Source: Thermoactinomycetaceae bacterium (GTDB taxonomy: Bacteria; Bacillota; Bacilli; Thermoactinomycetales; Thermoactinomycetaceae). From it: a DNA stretch of 64,000 nucleotides. Numbering within the stretch: the stretch's first letter is position 1; every line of letters starts with the position of its first letter. This document shows positions 1 through 10,502 of this stretch, one piece after another. The notes below the pieces were generated by a model. The model did not search any database and was not told the DNA's origin. It was given only the letters and a program-made list of their open reading frames with translations. Both the position numbers and the translations under genes were made by a program. The stretch covers positions 31,452-95,451 of the forward strand of contig JANWIG010000034.1 of NCBI GenBank assembly GCA_025449975.1. Direction: 5' to 3'.

Positions 1-503
1 AATTTGCGCTCAAACAACTGGGGGGTTTGCACGGCCCATAGTTTGGAGCGATCAAGCGACTGCTCCACGTTCCCATCTCGGTCCACTTGTTTAATCGTAT
101 CTTTAACTGGAACCGCTAAAATAGCTGCTCGCCCATTTGGAATGATTCTCAGCAAACGATCCAAGGCCGTGGGGGTAACAAATGGTCGAACGGCATCATG
201 GACCATCACCCAGTCTGTATGTAAATATTTTAGACCTTCATAGACACTATCTTGTCGTTCACGACCCCCTTCGATCACATGGGTCACTTTTTGAATTCCG
301 TAATGCCTAATCAGTCTCTCTACTTCCGCTATTTCTTCCTTTTTGGTCACCACAACGATTTCACTTACAGCAGGATAGTTTTCAAACACCAATAAAGTAT
401 GAATAAAAATAGGCTTTTTTTCAAGCATTAAAAACTGCTTACTTTTTTTTGTTCCCATTCTTTTTCCTTGACCAGCCGCCGGAATCACAACTCCAATTTT
501 CAA
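1..503 (-). CDS. ispD: 2-C-methyl-D-erythritol 4-phosphate cytidylyltransferase IspD, C-terminus cut by window edge; not in ORF track
   Basis: Minus-strand translation from TTG at 503 reads MKIGVVIPAAGQGKRMG...KQFL...LWAVQTPQLFERK, typical IspD motifs. AAGGAG lies upstream. Sits next to yacL as in B. subtilis. Confidence 0.85.
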   Translation of the reverse strand, partial: MKIGVVIPAAGQGKRMGTKKSKQFLMLEKKPIFIHTLLVFENYPAVSEIVVVTKKEEIAEVERLIRHYGIQKVTHVIEGGRERQDSVYEGLKYLHTDWVMVHDAVRPFVTPTALDRLLRIIPNGRAAILAVPVKDTIKQVDRDGNVEQSLDRSKLWAVQTPQLFERK

Positions 504-564
504 ACTCCCATAACTCCTTTCAAGACAACAATGCCCGGTGGCTTAAAGCCACACGGGCGCTATA

Positions 565-1671
565 TTAAGTACCAGACTGAACGACACGTTCAAGCATTTT
601 GGGTTTTGCAAAAATCATCCGTCCTGCAGACGTTTGCAAGACACTCGTTACTAATACATCAATATGATTGCCGATAAAATCACGCCCACCTTCGATGACG
701 ATCATCGTACCGTCATCCAGATAAGCAACCCCTTGTCCGTGTTCTTTTCCATCTTTGATCACTTGTACATTGATCTCTTCTCCTGGCAACACAATCGGTT
801 TGACTGCGTTAGCCAAGTCATTAATGTTTAACACTTGGACACCTTGTAATTCACAAACCTTATTCAAATTAAAATCATTGGTGACCACTTTCCCCGAAAT
901 GACTTTCGCTAACTTTACCAGTTTGCTATCCACTTCGGTTACATCTTCAAAATCACCTTCATAAATCAACACTTTGATATCTAACTCTTTTTGAATTTTA
1001 TTTAGAATATCCAAACCTCGACGACCGCGATTCCGCTTTAACACATCGGAAGAGTCCGCAATATGTTGGAGTTCTTCTAAGACAAAACTAGGGATCACTA
1101 ATGTTCCCTCTAAAAATCCCGTTCGGCAAATATCTGCTATTCGTCCGTCGATAATCACACTCGTATCTAAAATTTTATGCTCAAACACTTCTTTATTTTC
1201 TTTTTTAGTATTTTTATCTTTCCCTTGACGTCCAAGAGTAAAAACAGAGATCAGTTCATCCCTCTTTTTATATCCTACGCGAAAGCCCAGATACCCAAGC
1301 AATCCGGATACAAGAAATGGAAGAACACTCTTTACACCTGGAATAGGCAAAAGGGACAAAGGCTGTTGAATAAGAAAAGCAATAATAAGTCCAATAATCA
1401 TTCCCAATGTCCCTAGCAGTCCATCCACCGTAGGAATTTTTATTAGTCGCTCTTCACTCCAACGGATCCATTTTACGACATGTTGTGTTAGCCATAAAGT
1501 AGCTAAGAAAGCTAGGATCGCGCCGATCCCTCCACCTATCAAGTGGGGATAAGGCACCTCACCGAAGTTTAGAGGAGATGTTTGAAGCATCTCAAATAGG
1601 GCAGGGCCAGCATAATAGCCGGCAGATGCTCCAATAACAATAAAAGCAAGTTGTACAAAACGTTTTAGCAT
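565..1671 (-). CDS. yacL: PIN/TRAM-domain membrane protein YacL
   Basis: N-terminal TM segments, then a PIN-like region (ILDTSVIIDGRI) and a C-terminal TRAM-like region. ATG at 1671 follows GGAGGTGG; the ORF-track start at 1701 is probably over-extended. Confidence 0.8.
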   Translation of the reverse strand: MLKRFVQLAFIVIGASAGYYAGPALFEMLQTSPLNFGEVPYPHLIGGGIGAILAFLATLWLTQHVVKWIRWSEERLIKIPTVDGLLGTLGMIIGLIIAFLIQQPLSLLPIPGVKSVLPFLVSGLLGYLGFRVGYKKRDELISVFTLGRQGKDKNTKKENKEVFEHKILDTSVIIDGRIADICRTGFLEGTLVIPSFVLEELQHIADSSDVLKRNRGRRGLDILNKIQKELDIKVLIYEGDFEDVTEVDSKLVKLAKVISGKVVTNDFNLNKVCELQGVQVLNINDLANAVKPIVLPGEEINVQVIKDGKEHGQGVAYLDDGTMIVIEGGRDFIGNHIDVLVTSVLQTSAGRMIFAKPKMLERVVQSGT

Positions 1672-1780
1672 AGGGGCTCCACCTCCTCTGACATCTAGCA
1701 AGTCTTAAATTCTTACTAATCATTATAGACAACTTATCAAAATGGAAACCCAGTTTATCTATATTTCTGCACGTTTCGCA

Positions 1781-2278
1781 CTACTTTTCAGCCTCATTCT
1801 TCGTTGGAACAATTCCCTCTAAAAGTTCGATCGCTTGTTCCTCTTTTAAATCACTTGCCAAAGCTAATTCGCTGATGAGAATTTGTTTTGCATTATCTAA
1901 CATTTTTCTTTCCCCGGTAGAAAGCCCTTTTTCTTCTTCACGAAACATCAGTGACTTGACAACATCGGCCACTTCGTAGATATCCCCGCTTTTCATCTTA
2001 TCCATATTGGTACGATAGCGCCGATTCCAATTGGCTGAATCATCTACTTCTTTTGTACGGATCCATTCTAATACCAATTTAACTGTATTCCGATCGATGA
2101 CTTCTCTTAAGCCAATATTTTCTACATTCTTGGTTGGAACCATTACTTTCATATCCCCGATTGGCATATGCATCACGTAATATTTTTGTGTTTCCCCTAA
2201 AATCTCTTTTTCTTCGATCGATTCAATGATGCCAGCTCCATACATGGGATAAACCACCTTATCGCCCACGCTAAACAA
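1781..2278 (-). CDS. CarD/CdnL family transcriptional regulator
   Basis: FSVGDKVVYPMYGAGIIESIEEKEILGE is the CarD_CdnL_TRCF N-terminal signature. TTG at 2278 follows GGGAGGTGG with about 6 nt spacing; the ORF-track start is 2323. Confidence 0.8.
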   Translation of the reverse strand: MFSVGDKVVYPMYGAGIIESIEEKEILGETQKYYVMHMPIGDMKVMVPTKNVENIGLREVIDRNTVKLVLEWIRTKEVDDSANWNRRYRTNMDKMKSGDIYEVADVVKSLMFREEEKGLSTGERKMLDNAKQILISELALASDLKEEQAIELLEGIVPTKNEAEK

Positions 2279-2428
2279 AATGGCCCACCTCCCAGGGGAA
2301 ATATCTATTTTCCAAGATATCACAAGAAAATTACAATGTCAACAAATAAAGAAACATATTAGCATATTATCATAAATCGCGTCAACACCTTTTCAATCTG
2401 TCGAACTCTTGTCTAATTTGACAAAAGA

Positions 2429-2458
2429 TTGACACTTGAAAACAAATATCGTTATAAT
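2429..2458 (+). promoter_or_regulatory. sigmaA-type promoter for the 2525 ORF
   Basis: TTGACA (2429-2434), 18 nt spacer, TATAAT (2453-2458). A second TTGACA is at 2418-2423. Confidence 0.6.
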
Positions 2459-2524
2459 GATATTACAAATAAAGTACAATTGTCCGTTTTGCCTGTTATT
2501 TTTCTAACAAAAGAGGTGTAGTTC

Positions 2525-2923
2525 ATGGAAGAGGATTCTACTCTTCAATCCTTCCAACAAAAAGTATCCGAATTATTGTTAAGACACCGAAGTTTTTTAG
2601 ATATCATATCAAAATTCCAAGAATCCAATGCACGTGTAAACCGTGCTTTGATCAAAGCGGTAACCGAATGCGGCTGTATCCAAGTTCACGGAGAGCGCCA
2701 GAACTTTCCCTCCTCCTTTTCACCCGCATGGTTAGCTAGCCAACTCAATACGCATCTACATGGAGATCTATGTGATCATTGTTTGGATATTGTCCGCTCG
2801 GAAATGGGTAAAAATCTATTTTATTTAGCTGCACTCTGCAATCTATTGGAACTCCGTTTGGATCAAGTGATTGACCAGGAGATGGCAAAGTTGCGCACCT
2901 TTGGAATCTTCAATCTGCGCTAA
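2525..2923 (+). CDS. Hypothetical Cys-rich protein (CGC ... CDHC), family not recognised
   Basis: 132 aa ORF with its own consensus promoter and GAGGTG RBS. C-terminal helices (EMGKNLFYLAALCNLLELRLDQV) loosely resemble MazG-like all-alpha NTP pyrophosphohydrolases. Confidence 0.55.
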   Translation: MEEDSTLQSFQQKVSELLLRHRSFLDIISKFQESNARVNRALIKAVTECGCIQVHGERQNFPSSFSPAWLASQLNTHLHGDLCDHCLDIVRSEMGKNLFYLAALCNLLELRLDQVIDQEMAKLRTFGIFNLR

Positions 2924-3027
2924 AATTAGAACCGATAATAACATTATACTTGAAATGGAGCAGATATATAAAACGATTTATAGAAAAAAGAAACCTTCCT
3001 CAAAACTTTCAAAATTCTTCCCAATAA

Positions 3028-3107
3028 AAAACAATCCAGCAAAAGACCACTGCAAAAATTTCACAATGTGATAAGGTTTTGCAGTAATCTCCCCAGCTGG
3101 ATTGTTT
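3028..3107. terminator. Nested long hairpin between convergent genes (bidirectional terminator candidate)
   Basis: Outer arms AAACAATCCAGC (3028-3040) and GCTGGATTGTTT (3096-3107). Inner arms CTGCAAAA (3050-3057) and TTTTGCAG (3077-3084). A/T runs on both flanks. Confidence 0.55.
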
Positions 3108-3136
3108 TCTATATCTATATACTTGATCCAAAATGG

Positions 3137-3817
3137 TTATTTGCGTCGTTTTTTTACTACTGATTTTTTGATACCATAGAGAGCGTACAATATTAATGGT
3201 ATGAAGAGAACTTTCGGCAATTCTTTGGGAAAATAAATCGCTGAGACTGCGATCGCGAGAAAGAACAGGCAAGCAAACACATAGACTGCTTTAGGAATAT
3301 CTTTCTTTTTAAAAGCAGGATATTTGATTTGACTCACCATTAGGTAGGATAGAAATAACATTGCTGCCATTGAAATATAAACATTTTGCAAATAAGGATT
3401 ATACAATGCTAAAGTTGCTAAAATCCCTCCAGCAGCCGTAATCGGCAACCCGATAAAATAACCCGGCTCACCAGGGTTCACATTGAAACGTGCTAATCTT
3501 AGAGCACCACAAATCGGAAATATGGCTGTAACAATCCACCCTTCCACTCCCGTAAACTTTAAGGCGGATACATACATAATGACCGCAGGAGCGACCCCAA
3601 ACGATATCACATCAGATAGTGAGTCCAGCTCTTTTCCAAACTCACTCTGCGTATTCAACATACGGGCAACCCGACCGTCTAATCCATCTAATAGCATCCC
3701 TATAATAACCATAATTGCTGCATATTCCCAATGCCCTTGAAATGCAAATAAAATCGCTATGATACCGAGAAATAAGTTCCCAACGGTAAAAAAGCTTGGC
3801 AATGCTCTCGCAAACAT
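3137..3817 (-). CDS. pssA: CDP-diacylglycerol--serine O-phosphatidyltransferase (CDP-alcohol phosphatidyltransferase family)
   Basis: DGLDGRVAR...ELDSLSDVISFG motif. Polytopic membrane protein of PssA-like length. Confidence 0.8.
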   Translation of the reverse strand: MFARALPSFFTVGNLFLGIIAILFAFQGHWEYAAIMVIIGMLLDGLDGRVARMLNTQSEFGKELDSLSDVISFGVAPAVIMYVSALKFTGVEGWIVTAIFPICGALRLARFNVNPGEPGYFIGLPITAAGGILATLALYNPYLQNVYISMAAMLFLSYLMVSQIKYPAFKKKDIPKAVYVFACLFFLAIAVSAIYFPKELPKVLFIPLILYALYGIKKSVVKKRRK

Positions 3818-3917
3818 AAAAGGGAACCTCCTAAACTCATCAAATACCGCTTTAGGCGGCTAACGCCCCCCTCTTTTACCCAAAAATCCATTCTATTTTA
3901 TATGTGTAGTTTCATTC

Positions 3918-3946
3918 ATTCTAGGTTATTTAGATATGTCTGTCAA
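3918..3946 (-). promoter_or_regulatory. sigmaA-type promoter for pssA
   Basis: Minus strand: TTGACA (3946-3941), 17 nt spacer, TAGAAT (3923-3918). Confidence 0.55.
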
Positions 3947-4441
3947 TAAAGACCTATACCTGAATTCTTCTCAATCTTTCCTTGTTCACACCTACTCTAA
4001 TCCATCCTAATCCTTCTACGACATCCACTTTTCGAGAATGGCTTTAAAATGGACAAAAAAATTTGATGAACATCGAAAGAATGTTCATTGGTCGATGAGG
4101 GTTCTAAATTAAAAACAATCCATACAGGAAACAAATTCATCTTCATCCAACTTGACTACTCCAATATACCCTAAAACTCAGCTCAATTGAAGACAATCCT
4201 ACAATTATTAGCAAATAATTTTTTTAATTTACCCAAGACTTCTACATTACCCACTGCTTTTAATGATGACACTCCTTCATAACCAAAATATGCTTCTTCC
4301 TCCATATCATTTACTAATTATTCCAGTGACATGCGATCTACTTTTTTAACTTCCCATTCCACACAAGGGCGGATCCCGAGAAACGCTCACTTTCATCTCC
4401 CCATTTCAAAGAGATTGCCGATGATGGACTTAATGCGCCTG

Positions 4442-5815
4442 TTATTTTACCAACGCCGCATCCAATGCTTCTCCTAATGTTTTCACGCCAACCAATTCCA
4501 CTCCAACCGGTGGTTGCCAACCTCGCAAATTTTTAATTGGTAAAATCACCCTTTTGAACCCCATGTTTACCGCTTCTGCCACACGCTGTTCCACCCGAGA
4601 GACAGCCCGAATCTCCCCTGTTAAGCCAACTTCACCAAAAAACAAATCGTGAGCCCCTGTCGCTTGATCCCGAAAACTGGATACCAAACTAACAGCGATT
4701 GCTAAGTCGACAGCTGGTTCATCCAAACGAACACCACCGACCACATTTAGATACGCATCTTGATTTTGCATAAAAAAACCGAGCCTTTTTTCAAGAACAG
4801 CCATGATCATCGTTACGCGATGGTGATCCACTCCGGTTGCCATTCGTTTGGGTGTGACAAAAGTGGTGGGTGTCACTAACGCCTGTAATTCCACCAGAAC
4901 AGGGCGAGTTCCTTCTATGCTGGCAACAACCGTCGTCCCTGGGACACCAACCGGTCGACCGGACAGGAAAATTTCCGAAGGATTATCTACCTCCACCAAT
5001 CCGATCTCTTTCATCTCAAAAACACCAATCTCATTGGTTGAACCAAAACGGTTTTTGACCGCTCGCAACACGCGAAACGTATGATGTCGTTCTCCTTCAA
5101 AATAAAGAACTGCGTCCACCATATGCTCCAGCATACGGGGTCCAGCGATCGCTCCCGCTTTGGTCACATGTCCCACAATAATCACCGCGACTCCCAAATT
5201 CTTCGCAATCCTCATCAACTGACTCGTACACTCCCGTACTTGAGAGACGGAACCAGGTGCCGAGGTAATTTCGGGATGAAACATCGTCTGAATGGAATCG
5301 ATAATCACTAGCTTTGGTCTCGTTTCTTCGATATACGTCTCAACAACGGTTAAATCCGTTTCGGATGCAACCATCACGGTCGAATGAATCGCTTGTAGCC
5401 GTTCTGCTCTTAAACGAATCTGCTCCAAGGATTCTTCCCCCGAAACATATAAAATCGGCATGCCCTTCTGAGCCAACTGATAAGTGGTTTGTAACAACAA
5501 TGTCGATTTTCCTATTCCAGGGTCCCCACCAACTAAAATCAATGATCCCGGGACGAGTCCTCCGCCAAGTACACGATTTAATTCTTTTATCCCTGTATCA
5601 AAGCGAGGCTCTTCTAGTTTTTCCACCTGCGTAATGGGCACTACTTTGCTGATTTGCATGTGAGTCTGCCGCGATGGACCCAATCGATGGGAAGCTGAAG
5701 TTTCTCGTTCCTCCATCATTGTATTCCAATTCTGACAACTCGGGCAACGCCCCATCCATTTTGGTGACTCATAACCACATTCTTGACAAACAAATCGTTT
5801 TTTGATTTTAGCCAA
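4442..5815 (-). CDS. radA: DNA repair protein RadA/Sms
   Basis: N-terminal zinc ribbon [18 protein letters not shown], Walker [15 protein letters not shown] motif and a Lon-like C-terminal domain. Confidence 0.95.
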   Translation of the reverse strand: MAKIKKRFVCQECGYESPKWMGRCPSCQNWNTMMEERETSASHRLGPSRQTHMQISKVVPITQVEKLEEPRFDTGIKELNRVLGGGLVPGSLILVGGDPGIGKSTLLLQTTYQLAQKGMPILYVSGEESLEQIRLRAERLQAIHSTVMVASETDLTVVETYIEETRPKLVIIDSIQTMFHPEITSAPGSVSQVRECTSQLMRIAKNLGVAVIIVGHVTKAGAIAGPRMLEHMVDAVLYFEGERHHTFRVLRAVKNRFGSTNEIGVFEMKEIGLVEVDNPSEIFLSGRPVGVPGTTVVASIEGTRPVLVELQALVTPTTFVTPKRMATGVDHHRVTMIMAVLEKRLGFFMQNQDAYLNVVGGVRLDEPAVDLAIAVSLVSSFRDQATGAHDLFFGEVGLTGEIRAVSRVEQRVAEAVNMGFKRVILPIKNLRGWQPPVGVELVGVKTLGEALDAALVK

Positions 5816-6004
5816 TGTTCATTCCTCAATTCTTACAAGATACGATTCATTATACCAAATTTTTGGAATCAATCTAAACTTGATCTTTGTTAACTTTAAC
5901 CAAGCTTGTCCGAATGGTTTGCTGAACCAAAAAGGCAATGTCAACCCCATTCTCCTTATAAAAATCGGGCGACATTGCCTTTATTTATCACGATCTTTTT
6001 AAAG

Positions 6005-6574
6005 TTAAGGCTGAATGTTCCAAGTAGCGGAGCTATCTCCTTGCCTAATGGTTAAAATATATGTAGAAGATGCAAATGTATCAAAAACAAAAACTCCTCG
6101 TGTTATCTTTGTTCGCGCTGGAATTGTGGTTGTCACATAGTTGACCTCTGTCACACCATAAGGGCTATACTGTGCTTCTACCCTCCGACCATTTTGGTCC
6201 TCCAATACCACATTATCTCCATAAAGTCCAATTGGGTTATCTCCATTATTCGTAACGGTTGCATCTAAGATCACATATTTTTCATTTTTGGTTTGGCTCG
6301 TATCATTGCCTGTTGACTCACGAACGGAGTTGATTGTTATCGTCAAATCCCCTACTGTTTTGGTTTGACCTACTTCATCTGAACCTGATTGTGTTGAATC
6401 AATTGCATTGGGAGCTTGTTGACGATCCTCTCCACTATTTTGCGTTGCATCTTGACTGTTCGATGGAACATTTTGAGATGAATTAGTCGATGATGCTTGC
6501 TCCCCAATGCTGATCGAGCAACCGGTCAGAGTGAAAACAGTGATAAATGTGGCAAGCAACCATTTCCTTTTCAT
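6005..6574 (-). CDS. Lipoprotein, DUF4352-like
   Basis: Lipobox LTGC after a signal peptide, low-complexity S/N/Q linker, then a beta-rich domain. Confidence 0.65.
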   Translation of the reverse strand: MKRKWLLATFITVFTLTGCSISIGEQASSTNSSQNVPSNSQDATQNSGEDRQQAPNAIDSTQSGSDEVGQTKTVGDLTITINSVRESTGNDTSQTKNEKYVILDATVTNNGDNPIGLYGDNVVLEDQNGRRVEAQYSPYGVTEVNYVTTTIPARTKITRGVFVFDTFASSTYILTIRQGDSSATWNIQP

Positions 6575-6846
6575 CGCTAACTTCCCCCCAAAACATAATT
6601 AAACATTAACAATGTTAATATATTTACTTTCAATAAACAATAAATAATCTACTAAAAAGGTGAATTTTTTGTAGCAAATCGATATTTCCAATCATAATAT
6701 CGGATGAATGAATCATTATAATATTTCGTCTAAAAATGATAGTCCTATATTTCTCTTACTTCTCTTCTTATTTCGGTTGTGTCAAATCTAACATTATGTT
6801 AGATTTTTAAAAAAATATATGATTTGACTTTATAGATTGTGTCCAG

Positions 6847-6873
6847 AAAAAAAATGGGGCTTTTATACCCCAT
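6847..6873 (-). terminator. Rho-independent terminator overlapping the clpC stop codon
   Basis: Minus strand: ATGGGG, 8 nt loop, CCCCAT, then a T-run. Confidence 0.6.
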
Positions 6874-9316
6874 TTATTCGCAATTTATTCTTATTCTTTT
6901 TCTCCACAGTGAGACGATTGTTTTCTACCCCGATCACCACTTGATCTCCGCGACGAATGGTACCACGGAGAAGCTCCTCAGATAGACGATCCTCAATATG
7001 TTTTTGAATCGCTCGTCTCAGCGGTCTTGCGCCATAAGTTTGGTCAAATCCTTCTTTCGCCAAATATACTTTGGCCTCTTTTGTCAATGTAAAGTCGATA
7101 TCTTGCTCCAAGAGACGTTTCCGCAGTTGCTCAGCCATCAAAGAAACAATCTCTTGCAGGTCTTTTTCTTTTAATGTATGGAAGACAATCAAGTCATCTA
7201 CCCGGTTTAAAAACTCAGGACGGAAACTTTTCTTTAACTCTTCCATAACATTTTGTTTCATATTCTCATAGTCATCGCGATTATTCACCGATTGCGTAAA
7301 GCCTAGACGCGTATTTTTGCCGATCGAATGAGCACCGATATTGGAAGTCATGATAATGATCGTATTCCGGAAATCGACTGTTCGACCTTTCCCGTCTGTC
7401 AGTCGACCATCTTCTAGAACTTGCAGGAGAATATTAAACACTTCAGGATGTGCTTTCTCCACTTCATCAAAGAGGACAACCGAATAAGGTTTGCGACGCA
7501 CTTTTTCGGTTAACTGTCCACCTTCTTCATAACCCACATACCCAGGAGGGGAACCGATCAACCGGCTTGTCGCATGCTTCTCCATATATTCGGACATATC
7601 AATTCGAATCATCGCATCTTCTGCACCAAACATCGCTTCAGCTAAAGCACGAGCCAATTCGGTTTTTCCCACTCCCGTAGGACCGAGGAAGATAAATGAG
7701 CCAATTGGACGCTTGGGATCTTTTAACCCTGCTCGTGCCCGACGAATGGCTCGAGCGACGGATTTGACCGCTTCTTCCTGACCGATTACCCGACCATGCA
7801 AGATTTCCTCCAGTTTAAGTAATCGTTCGGTTTCTTCTTGAGCCAGTTTATTCACTGGGACCCCAGTCCAACTAGCTACAACCGTCGCAATATCTTCCGC
7901 CGTTACTTCCGAGTCCGTTTTTCCTTGCGCTTGTTTCCAATTGTTGCGCGTTTGATCTAGCTTCTCTCTTAACTTTTGCTCTTGGTCACGCAAGGCAGCT
8001 GCTTTTTCAAATTCCTGACTTTGAACAGCGGCATCTTTTTCTTTTTTCACCGCTTCCAACTGTTGTTCCAGCTTTTTCAGCTCAGGTGGAACGGTATAGG
8101 AAGATAAGCGAACTTTCGATGCTGCTTCATCGATCAAATCGATGGCTTTATCTGGGAGAAAACGATCGGTAATATAGCGGTCAGATAGTTTTACAGCCTG
8201 CTCAATCGCTTCATCGGTAATTTTTACACGGTGATGTGCTTCATAACGATCCCGCAGTCCTTCCAAAATGAGAATCGCTTCTTCTGGTGTCGGCTCATCG
8301 ACGCGAATCGGTTGGAAACGACGCTCCAAAGCCGCATCTTTTTCGATGTATTTACGGTATTCATCCAAAGTGGTTGCTCCGATGCATTGGAGTTCACCGC
8401 GAGCCAAGGCAGGTTTTAAAATATTGGAAGCATCGATAGCTCCTTCCGCTCCTCCGGCACCGATCAAGGTATGCAATTCATCGATAAAGAGGATAATGTT
8501 TCCAGCCTGCCGAATCTCATCCATGATCTTTTTCAAACGATCTTCAAATTCACCACGATATTTCGTCCCAGCGACTACCGTACCCATATCCAAGGTCATC
8601 ACACGTTTTCCGCGCAACGTTTCTGGAATCTCACCATCAATAATTTTTTGTGCCAAGCCTTCTGCTACTGCTGTTTTACCGACTCCAGGTTCTCCGATCA
8701 AAACAGGATTGTTTTTCGTTCGACGTGACAAGACTTGAATAACACGTTCAATTTCGTGGCTTCGACCAATTACTGGATCCAAGTTATTATCCCGGGCAGC
8801 TTGCGTTAAATCACGTGCCAAACTATCCAAGGTAGGTGTATTGGCATGGGTAGTCGTTCCTTGGTTTCCCCCAGTCAACTCGCTGCTACCGAGCAGTTGT
8901 AAAACTTGCTGACGCGCTTTATTTAAACTAATTCCTAAATTATTCAAAACACGGGCAGCTACTCCTTCTCCTTCACGGATCAATCCAAGGAGAATATGTT
9001 CCGTACCGACATAAGTGTGACCCAATTTTCTCGCTTCATCCATCGAGAGCTCAATCACTTTTTTGGCGCGAGGCGTGTAACCGATATTGCCAGTCTGTCC
9101 CGTTCCTCGACCAATCAGCGTTTCTACTTCTTTTTGGATTTTTTCCAATCCTAGTCCCAGTGCAACAAGCGCTTTGGCAGCAATCCCATCTCCTTCACGA
9201 ACCAGACCGAGCAGAATATGCTCTGTACCAATGCTATTGTGCCCTAGGCGTACTGCTTCTTCCTGAGCCAGTGCTAACACTTTTTGCGCTCTCTCTGTAA
9301 ACCGTCCAAATAACAT
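6863..9316 (-). CDS. clpC: ATP-dependent Clp protease ATP-binding subunit ClpC
   Basis: [14 protein letters not shown] start, two Clp_N repeats, two AAA+ modules ([16 protein letters not shown]) and a UVR-like linker. ATG at 9316 follows AGAGAGGTG; the ORF-track start at 9352 is over-extended. Confidence 0.97.
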   Translation of the reverse strand: MLFGRFTERAQKVLALAQEEAVRLGHNSIGTEHILLGLVREGDGIAAKALVALGLGLEKIQKEVETLIGRGTGQTGNIGYTPRAKKVIELSMDEARKLGHTYVGTEHILLGLIREGEGVAARVLNNLGISLNKARQQVLQLLGSSELTGGNQGTTTHANTPTLDSLARDLTQAARDNNLDPVIGRSHEIERVIQVLSRRTKNNPVLIGEPGVGKTAVAEGLAQKIIDGEIPETLRGKRVMTLDMGTVVAGTKYRGEFEDRLKKIMDEIRQAGNIILFIDELHTLIGAGGAEGAIDASNILKPALARGELQCIGATTLDEYRKYIEKDAALERRFQPIRVDEPTPEEAILILEGLRDRYEAHHRVKITDEAIEQAVKLSDRYITDRFLPDKAIDLIDEAASKVRLSSYTVPPELKKLEQQLEAVKKEKDAAVQSQEFEKAAALRDQEQKLREKLDQTRNNWKQAQGKTDSEVTAEDIATVVASWTGVPVNKLAQEETERLLKLEEILHGRVIGQEEAVKSVARAIRRARAGLKDPKRPIGSFIFLGPTGVGKTELARALAEAMFGAEDAMIRIDMSEYMEKHATSRLIGSPPGYVGYEEGGQLTEKVRRKPYSVVLFDEVEKAHPEVFNILLQVLEDGRLTDGKGRTVDFRNTIIIMTSNIGAHSIGKNTRLGFTQSVNNRDDYENMKQNVMEELKKSFRPEFLNRVDDLIVFHTLKEKDLQEIVSLMAEQLRKRLLEQDIDFTLTKEAKVYLAKEGFDQTYGARPLRRAIQKHIEDRLSEELLRGTIRRGDQVVIGVENNRLTVEKKNKNKLRINGV

Positions 9317-9395
9317 AGAGTACACCTCTCTTATCGTAAAACTTGTTGACACATTTTTGGTTTCCTTACTTTACTCTCTGTAAAGCGCCGATTAA

Positions 9396-10487
9396 CTAGA
9401 CATCGCTCGACGGACGTCGATTATTTTCAAGTAAAAGTCTTTCACGAATGAGTTTTGCCCGTCGAACATCGCGCTCTTCCGGGTCCAAACGTTGTCCCGC
9501 ATATTGTTGTAGAAAGCCAGGTTGAATGAGTACCATCAATTCATTCATCACACCTGCTGAAACTTCTTTAATTAAATTTAAATCAACTCCCAAGCGAACA
9601 TCGGATAGCCGTTGCATCGCTTCTTTGGAATCCATGATCCGCGAATGAGCAAGGATCCCGTATGAGCGATGGACACGATCTTCCAATTCGAGTGTCGATT
9701 GATTTAAAATTCGTTTGCGTGCATTTAATTCATGTTCGATAATTTGCAGAACGACTCCTTGTAACTTGTCAATAATCTCCTCTTCAGACTGACCCAAGGT
9801 AACTTGGTTGGAAATCTGATATAATTGCCCCAACGCCTCGCTTCCCTCACCATAAATTCCCCGAACAGCTAGCCCTACTTGCGTAATGACGGGGAATAAA
9901 CGAGGAAGCTGTTGTGTCATGGCAAGTGCTGGGAGATGAACCATCACAGAAGCACGAATCCCTGTACCTAAGTTGGTCGGACAGCTAGTGAGATAGCCAC
10001 ATTGATCATCAAAAGCAAACGTAAAATGGGTTTCCAGCCAGTCATCCAATTGGCTAGCCATCTTCCAAGCTTTTTCCAGTTGCAAACCTGGGAAGAGGCA
10101 TTGGATGCGAATATGATCTTCCTCATTTATCATGATGCTGACGGATTCATCTTGACTTAATAAAACAGCACCATTTGGCGACTCTTCCGCCAATTGTGGA
10201 CTAATCAGATGTTTTTCCACCAAGACGCGCTTTTCAAATGGACTTAATTCACTCATTCGAACGAAGGTCGCACCTTCCAATGAGGGAAGATCCGATTTCT
10301 CTTTCCATACATCATGCACCATCCGAACGACTTCTTCTGCTCGCGATGCTGTACTTAAAGTAGGAAACGGCATTCCTGCTAAGTTTCTAGCGATCCGCAC
10401 TCTACTTGAAAAAACAATATCTGATTGTGGTCCTTTTACTTTCATCCATTCACAGACGGCATTTTCCAAAAAACGATGGAGTGACAC
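9396..10487 (-). CDS. mcsB: Protein arginine kinase McsB
   Basis: ATP:guanido phosphotransferase motifs (SSRVRIARN, NEEDHIRIQ, CPTNLGTG). GTG start after GGAGGGAG. Lies in the ctsR operon. Confidence 0.93.
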   Translation of the reverse strand: MSLHRFLENAVCEWMKVKGPQSDIVFSSRVRIARNLAGMPFPTLSTASRAEEVVRMVHDVWKEKSDLPSLEGATFVRMSELSPFEKRVLVEKHLISPQLAEESPNGAVLLSQDESVSIMINEEDHIRIQCLFPGLQLEKAWKMASQLDDWLETHFTFAFDDQCGYLTSCPTNLGTGIRASVMVHLPALAMTQQLPRLFPVITQVGLAVRGIYGEGSEALGQLYQISNQVTLGQSEEEIIDKLQGVVLQIIEHELNARKRILNQSTLELEDRVHRSYGILAHSRIMDSKEAMQRLSDVRLGVDLNLIKEVSAGVMNELMVLIQPGFLQQYAGQRLDPEERDVRRAKLIRERLLLENNRRPSSDV

Positions 10488-10502
10488 AAATCTCTCCCTC
10501 CC

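Noticed and set aside
4338-4520. 60-aa minus-strand ORF overlapping the radA 3' end.
   Set aside because: It is an alternative frame of the radA C-terminus with no start context, most likely spurious.
9317-9352. N-terminal extensions in the ORF track. Examples: clpC 9352, yacL 1701, carD-like 2323, folB 30992, yabO 45573, pth 55340, glmU 57724, spoVG 58286, purR 59626, ispE 60556, tilS 39675, DUF458 62040.
   Set aside because: The family-typical N-termini start at internal ATG, GTG or TTG codons that are preceded by GGAGG-like ribosome-binding sites. The longest-ORF starts overlap upstream genes or lack an RBS.
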